Shown piece by piece: positions 24,841 through 37,833 of a DNA stretch of 64,000 nucleotides. Every line of letters begins with the position of its first letter. The stretch's first letter is position 1. The position numbers were made by a program, and so were the translations under genes. The stretch comes from Eledone cirrhosa (Eukaryota). The stretch is taken from assembly GCA_964016885.1 (NCBI GenBank), contig OZ024753.1, positions 22,506,001-22,570,000 on the forward strand, in the 5' to 3' direction. The notes under the pieces are model-generated. The model was not told the origin of the DNA. It saw nothing but the letters and a program-made list of their open reading frames with translations, and searched no databases.

Positions 24841-25135
24841 CACCACATGCCAATTAAGGCACCAGACAAAATTATGTTTTGTAGCTTAAAGGCAATAAAT
24901 TACTGTTTGTCTTTCCTCTCATACTCCTCCGGCCGCTGTGATCCCTGATGAACCAGCAGTACCATTGGTAGGGGTCGAAACTGCTCAACATCTCAACGGC
25001 CAATCACCAATGGACTTCTCTGTCCTTCCTTTGTATATTTATCTTTAAATACCTTTTTTTAGTTTCACATAAAAAAAATGGTTTTCGTTTTGTTTTTGTT
25101 TGTTGTCTTCGTTCTTTGTTAATTTTCTTTAGTTG

Positions 25136-25221
<86 letters not shown>

Positions 25222-25245
25222 CAGTAATAATCAGGAGCTGTATAA

Positions 25246-26912
25246 CACCGTGTAACAAAAACATTTTTTTCTCTGTTCCTGGCTTGTAATAACATTTTTT
25301 GTGTTGCTTAAGTCCCAAATAAAAAAAAAAGTGCCATTAAACAGTTAAAAGTTTGGGTTTTAAAAAATTCTAAGCCATTCACTATTATTTGTATGCTGGA
25401 TTTTACGTTGTATGTAAGTTTAATTTGCTTGTGTTAAATAATTTTTTCAGGTTAAATTAAAATTATAAAATAAAGAGTAATACCTAAAGAAAATTATAAA
25501 AGTGCAATAAAGTATAACATTGTTAAAAAGTGGATTAAAGAGATTTATTGATACTGGATTTTCGCACCCTGAATAAAGGGTAAGTTGTGTTTTAAGCATT
25601 CGTCTCCAGGATGAAGCAGTGGAACTTGGTCAAGGAGGAAGTGCAGGTGACAAATCAGAGAAGTCGACACGAACCTTTCTCAAGCTTTTACACTCTTAGG
25701 GAAGGCCTCTGCTTCTGCCATGACGTGTCTGGACTGTTTGACGTTATTGGGTGCTGTTTGTGCCCAAGGAGTGGCGGCTATTTAGAGACAACTCCACCAC
25801 AAGTTTGAAGGCTGTCCTCCTCCACAATGGAAACAAGTTCCCGACACTGCCCCTAACTCATTCAGTCTGCCTGAAGGAAGATTACTACAGTGTGAAAGAC
25901 CTCTTGGAAGCTCTGCAATACAACCAGTACAATTGTGAAATCATTGGAGACTTCAAGATGGTGGCTTTCCTGCTTGGACTCCAAGGAGGCTTTATCAAAT
26001 TACAATGCTTCCTCTGACTTTGGGACCATAGAGCCACCTCTGACCACTACAAAGGAAAGAACTGGGAGCAGCGAACAGAATTTGTAGTTGGGACCCAGGA
26101 TTATGCTCATGCCGCCACTGTACATTAAGTTGGGTTGATGAAGCAGTTTGTGAAGGCACTCAACCAAGAATAAGCCGCTTTTAAGTACCTTCTTGAGTTC
26201 TTCCCCAAGTTATCTGAGGCCAAAATCAAAGGTGGAATTTTTGTTGGACCTCAGATAAAGAAGGTGTTTGAGTCTATCGAGTTCTCCAATAAGCTCAATA
26301 GGATTGAGAGAACAGCATCGCACTGTTTCAAGGCAGTTGTTAAGGGCTTCCTGGGCAACTACAGCGCTGAAAACTACCAGCAACTGGTGCAGGATCTGAT
26401 AAAGGCTTTTGGCGCCATGGGATGCAGGATGTCGCTTAAACTCCATATGCTGGACGCTCACCTGGAAAAATTCAAGGACAATATGGGCGCCTACTCAGAA
26501 GAACAAGGTGAACGATTCCACCAAGATATGAAAGCGATAGAACGGAGGTACCAGGGCCACTACAATGAAAAAAATGATGGGGGACTATATCTGGGGCTAG
26601 TGCGGGAATGCGACCTGGACTACAACCGCAAATCCAAGAAATCCAGTCATTTCTGACGTGTATAAGTTGCTTTATAAGTGTTATTTGTTTTTACTTGTTT
26701 GCTTTTGATAAGCTTGTGTAATAAAATAAATATATACTCTGTTGATTTAATTTAAAAAAATGTGGTTTTTCTTGAAAAATATGAAAATTTCCAAATATCA
26801 AACTCCTGAACACAAACCCAAACTTCTAATTAAATAATAGTGTTTTTTTAATAATAATGAGATATAACAAACCATGAAATGAACCGGGGAACAAAAAATA
26901 TGTTACACGGTG
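25246..26912 (+). mobile_element. Internally deleted Chapaev3-like (CMC superfamily) DNA transposon
   Basis: Terminal inverted repeats CACCGTGTAACA...TGTTACACGGTG, with a 3-bp TAA duplication on both sides and transposase remnants inside. Confidence 0.8.
25590..26656 (+). pseudogene. Chapaev3-like transposase remnant
   Basis: Motifs WRLF..SLKAVLLHNGN, GDFKMVAFLLGLQGGF, PLYIKLGLMKQFVKAL, GIFVGPQI and MSLKLHML..MGAYSEEQGERFHQD, broken by stops and frameshifts. Confidence 0.85.
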
Positions 26913-27153
26913 TAATCAGCTCCTGATTATTTCTGCAATTCTGTAAGAATCCAGGTTCTATAATTTTCGGCGAAAGCGGGGAGTGCGTCGCTCTGATGAT
27001 CGCCAACAACATGAAACAGACTGTTAGCTTCTCTCCCTTCTTTCGCCGAAAAGAAGTAAATGACATAGTGACTACTTTAAAACCGATAGCGTATGGTCTT
27101 CAAAATGGTTTTAATTAAACATACGGTATATTGCCAAATATACTATACATACA

Positions 27154-27215
<62 letters not shown>

Positions 27216-27244
27216 AGTGGTTACACAACTGTTAGTTCACCATA

Positions 27245-27284
27245 CCGAGAAGAATTGTTTCACCTTAGCGGATCCTCAGCTCGG
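27245..27284 (-). ncRNA. Minimal type I hammerhead motif (inverted arm)
   Basis: The minus strand reads CCGAG-CTGAGGA-TCCGCTAAGGT-GAAA-CAATTC-TT-CTCGG. Confidence 0.7.
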
Positions 27285-27526
27285 AATGGGCATGGTTATA
27301 GGAACAGGAAGGACAACTGTACGAACGCGCATGCGCAGAAACCCGGTCACTTCACACAGGAAATACTAGACTGCGTGCGAGAGGTGTAAGGGAGATAACT
27401 GCGAAAGTCCGAAAACTTTTTAGGTTGAAAATAAAATTACAAAGTGTCAGTCCGGAGCCTTGTAGTTATGCAATAGGTGTTTAGCGACGTGTGGACAACG
27501 TGTGAAAAATTCATTTCTCGGGTGGC

Positions 27527-28408
27527 ATGAGTCCTTACATTCACAAGGACTCATGCCACCCTTCCACTGTTTTTAGAAACTTCGTTAAGAATATCAGTAC
27601 TAGAATCTCAAACCTCTCCTCTAATAAGGCTATCTTTGACAGGGCGGCACTCTACTATAACACGGCGTTGGCTAACACAGGCTTCTCACAACCTATCACT
27701 TACTCTCTCACTAGCAACAACACCATTAAGAAAAGTAAGCGCAACAATAGACAAACTACCTGGTTCTCTCCTCCCTTCTCACTCATCGTTAAAACCAATG
27801 TAGGAAAAACATTTCTAGCGCTCTTAAATAGCCACTTTCCCATAGGTCATAAATACCGATCCATCTTTAACCGACACAAAGTCAAACTAGGATACCCCTG
27901 CGCTAAGAACATGAAGGCCTACATCGCCAGCATCCCTAGGAGCAACACCCCACCAGGGTGCTCTTGCCGTAAGCCTGAAGCTTGCCCCCTTCAACAGCAA
28001 TGCAACACACCAGCTGTAATTTATGAAGCTGTGGTCACTTCCAACCGACCTAACGAACCACAGGAGGTCAAATCCTATGTGGGCATGGCGGAGGGCCGAT
28101 TTAAGGAACGTTTCCTGAATCACCAGTCTACCTTCAGGTACCCGGACAGACGTTCATCCACGAAACTCGCGAGCCACGTATGGTCCCTCAAGGACTCAAG
28201 TATAGCCTACTCCATTCAATGGCAAGCCATCAATAAGTCCAAGCCATACGCAAGGGGAAATCCGACGTGTGGCTTACATATTGACGAACGAATAACTATT
28301 CTAAAGAGATTACGCAATAGTGATTGCCTAAACGCGAGAAATGAATTTTTCACACGTTGTCCACACGTCGCCAAACACCTATTGCATAACTACAAGGCTC
28401 CGGACTGA
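27527..28408 (+). pseudogene. Penelope-like RT thumb plus GIY-YIG endonuclease (5'-truncated)
   Basis: YIHKDSCHP, CxCX5CX5C linker (CSCRKPEACPLQQQC), VIY...YVG, FKERFLNH and C-terminal LNARNE..CPH. Confidence 0.88.
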
Positions 28409-28570
28409 TTCTTTGTAATTTTATTTTCAACCTAAAAAGTTTTCGGACTTTCGCAGTTATCTCCCTTACACCTCTCGCACGCAGTCTAGTATTTCCTGTG
28501 TGAAGTGACCGGGTTTCTGCGCATGCGCGTTCGTACGGTTGTCCTTCCTGTTCCTATAACCATGCCCATT

Positions 28571-28610
28571 CCGAGCTGAGGATCCGCTAAGGTGAAACAA
28601 TTGTTGTCGG
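28571..28610 (+). ncRNA. Minimal type I hammerhead motif
   Basis: CCGAG-CTGAGGA-TCCGCTAAGGT-GAAA-CAATTG-TT-GTCGG, with a palindromic stem III loop. Confidence 0.7.
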
Positions 28611-28706
28611 TATGGTGAGCTAACTGTTTTTAACCACTTCTACCTAACTCGTCCCATAGACTGAGTGCTCTACCACTACATACACACTCACTCACACACA
28701 CACACT

Positions 28707-28755
<49 letters not shown>

Positions 28756-28782
28756 GTATATATGTATATATATAAATATATG

Positions 28783-28813
<31 letters not shown>

Positions 28814-29048
28814 GTATATATATATATATGTATATATGTATATATATGTATATATGTATATATATGTATATATGTATATGTATATATGTATATATATATA
28901 TATATGTATATATATATGTATATATGTATATATATATATATGTGTATATATATATATACATACCCACATTCTTGACTCGGATTTACGAGAGATATTATTA
29001 ATGATGGCACACTCCCAAATATTTATATATATATATATGTATGTAGAT

Positions 29049-29099
<51 letters not shown>

Positions 29100-29873
29100 C
29101 ATACAAGATAACGGTGAATTCAATAACAACAACAACAACACAAATATATAAATTGTAAAAACAAGGAGGGATATATTTGATGGATGAGACCTGTGAATTA
29201 TAAGGCCGTCAATTGGGAAATGACTTTAGTAACTAGCGGAACATATCCTGATATTTTTACGAGACGTTATAAATGTATTCTCCCGTGGCTGTAGGTCAAC
29301 TTACGAAATAGAAGTGCATAAAAAGATATTTGGAAGTTACTTTACATTGAATATATTGATAAATAATGTGAAAAAGATTATATAGTTTTCATATAAACCA
29401 ATAGAATGGTTTTGACAGGTTATTTTAATATATAGCCGGGTATATACAGTATGGAGTCAACATAATGATCAAAGCTAATATTTGCCGGTATCTACTTATT
29501 TGATTATTTGTCGTGGTGTCCATTGTGAACCGGGAGACAGAAACTTTCCAGTCCGCATCAAATAATACCCCCCCCCCCCCCACACACACCCACACACCCA
29601 CACACACACACACACCTACACACCCACACACACACACACATACACACACACACATATATATATATATATACACACACGCACATACACACACATACACCTA
29701 TATATGACGTGTTTTTTTCATATACAACATTATTTCTCTCTCTTTTTAGAGGTCACTTCTCGTGATAGTGTAGTATTGTTACTTTTATTATCAGAGCAAT
29801 CCACACTAATATATACACACTAGTCAATGGCGGACTGGGTCTAAAAATGCTATCATTTAATTTTTATAATGAA

Positions 29874-30460
29874 CTAGCAGAATGGCCCGGCGTTGCTCGG
29901 GATTTGCTCTAGGGTTCCTATATATTTGATATATATTTATCCTTATCGAGCCTCAAGAAATAAATACGTTTGTATATATTTTGTTATTGTGGATGCAAAA
30001 ATATCTGTACACGAATATATAATTATATATATATATATATATATTAAAATAACAGATTAAAGTTTAAGCAAAGAATGGGATCTTCAGAAACTAAAAAAAT
30101 CAATATGTGAATGCAGAAGTAATTAATTTGAAAAACGTTACACACTATATATATATATATATACACACACTATATATACATATACACACACACACACATA
30201 CAGCGTAATAATGTCGTAATACAGACAGCCAGACATACAGACAGATATTATAAGGGCGCAACATTATATCTATGTATCTATCTAAAAAGAAAGAATAAGA
30301 ATTATAGAGAGATCACTAAATCGCCTATTTTTTGCTCAAAACACTCACAGGACCATAAGTATTACATGTGTAAAGTTTGAAAACAATCAGTTGGGTGGTT
30401 CTCGAGTTTTAGGGAAATGACAGACAGACAGACAGACATTCTCTGTTTTAGATATATAGG
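29874..30460 (-). mobile_element. Non-autonomous Helitron-like element
   Basis: The minus-strand 3' end has a hairpin (CCCGAGCAACGCCGGG) followed by CTAG|T. The 5' end reads CTATATATCTAAAACAGAGAATG(TCTG)n. Confidence 0.65.
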
Positions 30461-30463
30461 TAA

Positions 30464-31561
30464 CTAGCAGAGGTACCCGGTGTTACTCGAGTATTAAATA
30501 GCAGTTATGTATACCATTTATGTCAATACTTCAGAGCTGCTTAGAAAACTATACTTTTACAAAATCATCGGCTTTTTCCAAAAGGGGGTTCCTGCCCCCA
30601 GGGGTCCCCCACTCAATATGTGTAGAACAAAATATCTGTAGAACAAAACGTGTCAAGTTTTGTGAAAATCGGTTGCAAACTCCAGAAGTTATGACGTTTT
30701 GTTGCATTGCAATGCAATGCTTCAGTCGACTCCAAGGAAGTGGTTAAAGGGGGTTATCTGCCGGCCTTATAATCAATATCTGGAAAAATGAAAGTGCCCA
30801 TGACCATCCGGAGTACATAAGTAACCTATGTCTTAAGTCTGGTGAAAATACTGTAGAAATGCATAAGGTTTACACACACGCGCGCGCGTGTGTGTATTTG
30901 TGTGTGCGTATGTATATGTATGTGTATGTCCGTCGACGCATACGTATGTACTGGCCTAAATCTTCACTATTTACTTTACTATTTTAAGGCAAAGTTAAAA
31001 TCCCGTCGAGGTTAACTTTGCCTTTCATCATTACGGGATCGATAAAATAAAGTACCAGAAATGTACTGAGTAATTGCTGGCCTTGTGCCAAAAGTAGAAA
31101 CAACTATTTTAATAACCTCTGTCATTTTCGTTTACAATTTTATTTACATCATTCTTAAACTCCGGGACTGGAAATCATTCGGTTATTTTAAATAGAATAT
31201 TAGTCTAACGACTACATTTACACCATAAACTTGGTCTTGTCTTTGCATGAAAGTGTTCTTCCCGGTCCACATAACGACGTATTATCCTCGCTTTTTTCCC
31301 GTTCATTACCAGGGAATGTCTTCACGAACCAAAACATCGTCTTCCTGTTTTCCTTCGGTTGCAACGTTTCCCGAAATATTTAATTCTGCGTTCACAGATT
31401 GAATTTATTAGTTTAAGAAGATCCCATTAATGTTGAAAGCAACGAAGTTGCTTAAACTTTCTTTCTTTCTCAACCGCTCTCCCTTTTTTCTCATACCCTC
31501 TCTCTCTCTTCCTCTACAGAATGGAGAATAATAAAGAACGCGCAGATCTCTCTCTCTCTAC

Positions 31562-31655
<94 letters not shown>

Positions 31656-32606
31656 ATATATATATATATATGTGTCTGTGTGTGTGTGAACCAGCGTTCG
31701 TCGCCATTCTCTCTATCTGATTATCTTGTACCTTATCTTGTATAACGACCTATCTCACTCCCTCTCTCTACATCTTCCTTTCTCTCTTTAGATGTATATG
31801 TATATGTGTGTGTGTGATATATATATATAGAGAGAGAGTTGCATCATGTATGTAGTTTCATAGATTTTTGAGGGTAGTGAGAATAAAAATATAAACAGAG
31901 CATATAAATAAATTTACAGTAGAATAACATAACAAATATGTTTTAAATATATACATAAATAACATTACAAATGCCTCGGTAACACTACAAAAGATGATAC
32001 AAGGAAAGATATATTCCTTCAATGCTACAATATTAAAGAAAAGGTAAAGGAAGGGGTGAACAACGGAGCCAACACCAGAGCAAAAGACAGCAATGTCGCG
32101 AGTACTGGGCAACCTCTCTAATGATTTTTGAGGCAAGCCAGCATACTCGCAGCGTTGCCTCGGGTGATGGCGAGTCTGATGCGCTGAAATATTGTATTAA
32201 AGACTTTTTAATAGAAATGAAGCAAAATGGAAGCTTAATGTTGAAACTTCGAACTCATGAATTTTGCAGGTTAAAATTTTGCTGGTCCGAAAACTGTTCG
32301 CGTATTTTTGTACCTTTGCACGTTTATTCGTAACGTAAATAGATAAACAAATGACGCCATAAAAGGGAAATAACTCGTCTCTCATCTCTATTTATACATT
32401 TGGACTGAACAATCAATACATTACATATTCGATTTTTGCACTTGGCGTGGGTAGATTTGAATTTTATTTTTACCGATGTCCCCGCCGGACCTTCATCTAT
32501 AAGTGTAGCAATTTCACCGAAATTTGAACGTACGGTTTAGGAGGAGATGTGGGCCGACTGTTTTAGCAGACAGACAGACAGACAACCTCAGTTTTATATA
32601 TATGGA
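30464..32606 (-). mobile_element. Second Helitron-like element or composite of Helitron pieces
   Basis: A related 3' hairpin and CTAG|T lie at 30464. A 5' end A|TCCATATATATAAAACTGAGGTTG(TCTG)n lies at 32606. It is uncertain whether both ends belong to one element. Confidence 0.5.
30995..31107 (+). mobile_element. Main-family SINE, 5'-truncated
   Basis: GAGGTTAACTTTGCCTTTCATC..GATAAAATAAAGTACCAG..TTGCTGGCCTTGTGCCAAAAGTAGAAACAA. Confidence 0.8.
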
Positions 32607-33158
32607 TAAATAACATTTTCAAAAAAATACATAAGTGAAAACAAAACGGTGCAATCAAATTTTTGCGGAAGAAAATATGTATTTTCTATTACTAATTATA
32701 GTGTATATATACTGTACATATTACTAAATGTTAATATAGAATGTTATAATTGAATTTGAAATAATTGTGAATGTACAGTTATTTAGAGTAGAGTATGCAA
32801 GTGACTCCAATAAAAAATATACAGAAAAATATACACATCCAGATACTTTCAATGATGACCTTTGGTCTTCCACAATCACTCAATATATATATCTGTGGGT
32901 GTGTGTATGTGTGTATGTGTGTACATGTACATGTGTATATATAAATTTATATATATGTATACTCTTTTACTCTTTTACCTGTTTCAGCCATCCGGCTGAG
33001 GCCATGCTGGGGCACCGCCCTTGGTATACATACATATTTTCAACTTGTACAGATATAGGGACTTTAGACTGAAGAACTGACCACTAATTGATTATACAAA
33101 TGTCTTTAATCCATTGATATCAAAAGTTATTTGGCCAGCAGCTCGTGTGTATGTGTAA

Positions 33159-33190
<32 letters not shown>

Positions 33191-33194
<4 letters not shown>

Positions 33195-33825
33195 AATTAG
33201 TATATCTACCAACATATATAATCAGTGAAGAGTGAAACTAATTAGTTGGAATGAAATTTTAGTAAGTAAGTTAATTTTTATAATTTTCTTATTTTACGTC
33301 TTTCATATAATTGTTCTGCATCCCCTTGTATTGAACCACAAAGTTACTAAGACAAAACCTATATATTTGCTTGCATAGGTATGCATCTGTATATATATGT
33401 TGGTAGATATACTAATTCTTTATAATTATCTCCAAATTATTTTGTTGAGCAAAAATTTGCCAAATTTACTACTATAGTTCATAGTAACAGCTAGGCTACT
33501 GTCTTTTTAACATCCCACTCCTCACTGATTAACCTCGATGTCACGTGATTGATTCTTTTGAATTTAACACCGACCAAGTAGGCAGTGATTTTTTCAATGT
33601 CTTGGAATTTAGTCCTCGCTTGCTTTTTTCCATTCACTGAATTATTTTTGTATAAGTTCCCTGTGTCCACGCATTGCCAGGTATCTTAGCTGAGAACGAC
33701 TTCCTGGTGACGAAATGGCTGCTCCATGTTTTTCATTTGGAAACCATGTTTATTCCCATTCAAAAACTAATTAGTTGGAGTGAAATTTTAGTAAGTTAAT
33801 TTTTATAATTTTCTTATTTTAAGTC

Positions 33826-33830
<5 letters not shown>
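33191..33830 (+). mobile_element. Non-coding, partially tandem element (unit about 529 bp) in (TA)n, copy 1
   Basis: Direct repeats start at 33235 and 33764, with a short inverted piece at the left end. Homologous to 40269-41030. Confidence 0.75.
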
Positions 33831-33863
<33 letters not shown>

Positions 33864-33894
33864 AGAACGAAAGATGGTTAAAGGAGTTCCATGT

Positions 33895-33963
33895 ATTTTA
33901 TTATGCGCATTTCAAAAACAAATATCATCATGCAATAATATTTGTGTTTTCATCAGATAAAAC
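33895..33963 (-). ncRNA. Type I hammerhead ribozyme motif (inverted arm)
   Basis: Reverse complement of 37300-37368. Confidence 0.85.
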
Positions 33964-34229
33964 AGGAGGACATGATATGAAGGCTAAAAAACACTTGTGG
34001 ATAGTTCAGTTTTAAATCAACATATGAGAAGTAGTTTTAGATTGATGTGTGATATTGGGAAAAAATATTTTATTTAGAGGGGGGGGGGGGTGGAAAGGAT
34101 GAAAAAAAGAGGAGGAGATGAGAGTGAAGGTGGAGAGGGAGGAGTATAGTGAGGAAGGATGAGATAGGAGGAGAGATGGGTGATAGAGAGAGAGAGATAG
34201 TTTTCATAACTGAGAAAGGTATATTGTTT

Positions 34230-36269
34230 TAGTCCACTCTGACAAAACCAATAACTTATATGGTATTTCCAAGGATAATTATAACAACCTTATCCTAAAG
34301 GAACTTAGGAAAAAATATCGTAAAACCAACCATGAAAATTCAGAATACATAAACCTTGAAGCCTCTGAGATTATGTCAAAACTTGGCATTGAAAAAAAGA
34401 CAGAACCATTCCGCCCAAGAACTCCGAGGATAAATCTCAAGGATCACAAAAACAATTTTCGCACTGAACTACCTGTTAGATTAATCGCCCCCTCTAAATC
34501 TGATCTGGGGGTTGTTAGTAAAGCCATCTTGGATAGAATTATCCCACAGGTTCGTTCTAATTGCTCTTCTTTGAACCTAAATTTATGGTTTGGTACTTCT
34601 GAAGTGATTAGCTGGTTCAACAAATTGAATAATAAAAACAAACTAAAATTTGTTCAATTTGATATTGCCAGCTACTATTCCTCCATTTCGCCTTCACTTC
34701 TCAATAATGCTCTATCTTTCGCACTTAAATATTCTGACATCACCACAGATGAACTTCACATCATTCTCACCGCACGTAAAACCATCCTAGAGTTCAACAA
34801 CGAATATTGGACCAGAGCCGATACCTCTAACAACTTCGACATCACAATGGGAGCATCCGATTCATCCCAATTGACTGATTTAATTGGTATCTTTATTTTG
34901 AACTCTTTGAGTCGGAAAATTCCTCAACTTCGCGGTGGAATTTATCGTGACGATGGACTCTTTACTATCTTAAATTGCAATATAGTTAACCTTAATATTA
35001 TCAAGAACAATATACGTAATCTCTTTAACCAACATAACCTAAAAATTGAATTTGATAACAGTATCAAACTAGCTAATTTCTTGGATGTATCTCTTAATCT
35101 TGACACTGGCCTATATTACCATTACCATAAAAACAATGAGAACCTAAATTATGTTAACTTTAAATCTAACCATCCTACTAATATCAAGAATGCTATAGTT
35201 AGTAATATTGGAAAAAGAATATCTAACCTATCTTCTAATAAAAACATCTTTGATGCTAACGCCAATTACTATAATAACGCGCTTTCTAAAGCCGGCTATC
35301 CTGATAAAATCAAATATAGTAAAGAAACAAATTCTAGAAGAACTTACAGTAGAATAATTAATCATGATCATTCCAATAACTTTAACAAAAGACCTAGATA
35401 CAAAAACATAATCTGGTATAATGCTCCTTTCTCCATCTCTATTAATAACAATATTCCTAAATTATTATTTAGTGCCTTAAATAAATGCTTCCCTCCCTCA
35501 CTATAGTAAAATATTTAACAAACACACCATACAATTTTCTTATTCTACATCCTCCAACATTTCCAACATTATCTCTAAACACAACAATAAAATACTAAAT
35601 ACTAAATCTCTTCCTTCCAACACTGAATTTCATAATAATAGTACTCCCGACGTCATTGTAAACCCTAGGCTAATTTCTACAAACCCAAATACAACGTCAA
35701 ACACAACTTCGCTAAATGTTCATAATCCCACTCTACATCAAGAAACTATTATTCCTATCGCAAACAACTTCTCCAATCCAATTCCTTCTATAGATAACAC
35801 TAGGTCACTCATTAATAATCTCTCTAATTGCAATTGCAATTGCAATTGCCCTATTAAAAATAAATGTCCTCTCAACAACCATTGTCTTGATAAAAACTTA
35901 ATTTACGAATGTAAAGTTATAACTGACACCAATTCCTTCACCTATTTTGGCTCCACTTCCACCTCATTTAAAGCTCGTCTTTATAACCATCATTCATCTT
36001 TTAAATACAAACTTAAAAGAACCAACACGGCTCTCTCAGAACTCATATGGTCCTTGAAAGACAAAAACATTAAATATAGCATCTTTTGGAAGAAGGTTTC
36101 TTCTGCGTCTCCATACTTGAACAGTTCTCTATCTAAAATCTGCAATCTCTGTCTAAATGAAAAATTTACCATTATCTCTGATCTAGATTCTATAATAAAT
36201 AGACGCACTGACTTGTTTTCTATCTGCTTGCATAAATTCCATAAAACATTTCACAAAGTATACAGCTAA
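34230..36269 (+). pseudogene. Penelope-like RT plus GIY-YIG endonuclease, frameshift near 35503
   Basis: TDKTNNLY, KDHK, QFDIASYYSSI, ITMGA, IYRDDG and FLDV. After the shift: CNCPIKNKCPLNNHC, LIY...YFG, FKARLYNH, CNLCLNE and INRRTD..CLH. Confidence 0.9.
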
Positions 36270-37299
36270 TATTCAATTCTTTATCAATTTTGAATCTTTT
36301 TCTCAAAGGCACATATATATACACTTCTTTTAAAAATATACCCATCTTTCTACCTTATTTCAAAGGTTATTATACATTCTATAATACTTGTTTACTCATT
36401 ACTCTTACTCTATATCACCTTGTAAAATCCTTCGTAAACATATACATTTTTTTTTTACGCTAGATTATTCATCCTCAATTCATTAACTTTTCTCCCTATC
36501 ATCTAACTCATTATTCTCAATACATATTAACATTTTCTTTTTCTTCGCACATATTATCAAATCCTTCAATATACAAACCTTAACTTTACATTATTTTTCT
36601 CAAATCCTTCAATATACCAACCTTAACTTTACATTATTTTTCTCTTCGTTAATTTTCAAATTTCTATAATACCTGTTTTACTCTTTCTACATCACCCATA
36701 TTTATCACTTCCTTTTCTTCTCTTCTAATATCTAATCCCTAATCTGTACCTTTTCTCACTCTTGCCTAACATAGAATCAATTATTACATAATACAACACA
36801 TTCTTACTCTATATCACCTTATAAAAATCCTTCGTAAACATATACAATTTTTTTTTTTTTGACGTTAGAATATTCATCCGCAATTCATTATTCTTTTCTC
36901 CCTATCATCTAACTCATTATTCTCAATACATATTAACTCCTCTTTCTTCGCACATATTTTTCTCTTTTTCTCTTCGTTAATTTTCAAATTCTTTTAATTT
37001 ATACATTATCTTCCAACGGTTTTCAACCTCTCTATGTAAAACAATATACCTTTCTCAGTTATAAAAACTATCTCTCTCTCTCTATCACCCATCTCTCCTC
37101 CTATCTCATCCTTCCTCACTATACTCCTCCCTCTCCACCTTCACTCTCATCTCCTCCTCTTTTTTTCATCCTTTCCACCCCCCCCTCTAAATAAAATATT
37201 TTTCCCAATATCACACATCAATCTAAAAGTACTTCTCATATGTTGATTTAAAACTGAACTATCCACAATTGTTTTTTAGCCTTCATATCATGTCCTCCT

Positions 37300-37368
37300 G
37301 TTTTATCTGATGAAAACACAAATATTATTGCATGATGATATTTGTTTTTGAAATGCGCATAATAAAAT
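37300..37368 (+). ncRNA. Type I hammerhead ribozyme motif
   Basis: GTTTTAT-CTGATGA-long stem II (AAACACAAATATTATT/GATGATATTTGTTTTT)-GAAA-TGCGCA-TA-ATAAAAT. Confidence 0.88.
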
Positions 37369-37528
37369 ACATGGAACTCCTTTAACCATCTTTTGTTCTT
37401 ATATATTATGTATACTCCAGTCCCACAAACTGTAGAGTGCTTCTTATCCGATATCTGCATTGCTTTATTGTACTACAATAAAACTCACCTCCTACATATA
37501 TATATATATATATGTGTGTGTGTATATA

Positions 37529-37623
<95 letters not shown>

Positions 37624-37626
<3 letters not shown>

Positions 37627-37707
37627 TCATTACACCTGATGGGATGACAGAGTTCTTTGAGATACTGGCTGGAGTGCTCCAGGGAGATATATATACATAT
37701 ATATATC

Positions 37708-37749
<42 letters not shown>

Positions 37750-37833
37750 GATATATATATGTATATATATCTCCCTGGAGCACTCCAGCCAGTATCTCAA
37801 AGAACTCTGTCATCCCATCAGGTGTAATGACTT
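37624..37833. repeat. Perfect palindrome of about 210 bp
   Basis: About 65 bp of RTE sequence plus an interrupted TA tract are mirrored exactly around a central (TA)n. Confidence 0.92.

Larger units (their letters stand above)
27216..28680 (+). mobile_element. 5'-truncated Naiad-type Penelope-like element with an inverted copy of its 3' end
   Basis: 27216-27520 is the reverse complement of about 28332-28640. The body encodes the RT thumb and a GIY-YIG domain. Each arm contains a hammerhead motif. Confidence 0.88.
33857..37496 (+). mobile_element. 5'-truncated Naiad-type Penelope-like element with an inverted copy of its 3' end
   Basis: 33857-34229 is the reverse complement of about 37039-37408. 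The body encodes RT and GIY-YIG domains, both arms have hammerheads, and both flanks are (TA)n. Confidence 0.9.

Noticed and set aside
27216-28680. Inverted arms as terminal inverted repeats of a DNA transposon or MITE
   Set aside because: The arms include the end of the GIY-YIG ORF and 3' UTR, have unequal end points, and enclose retroelement coding sequence.
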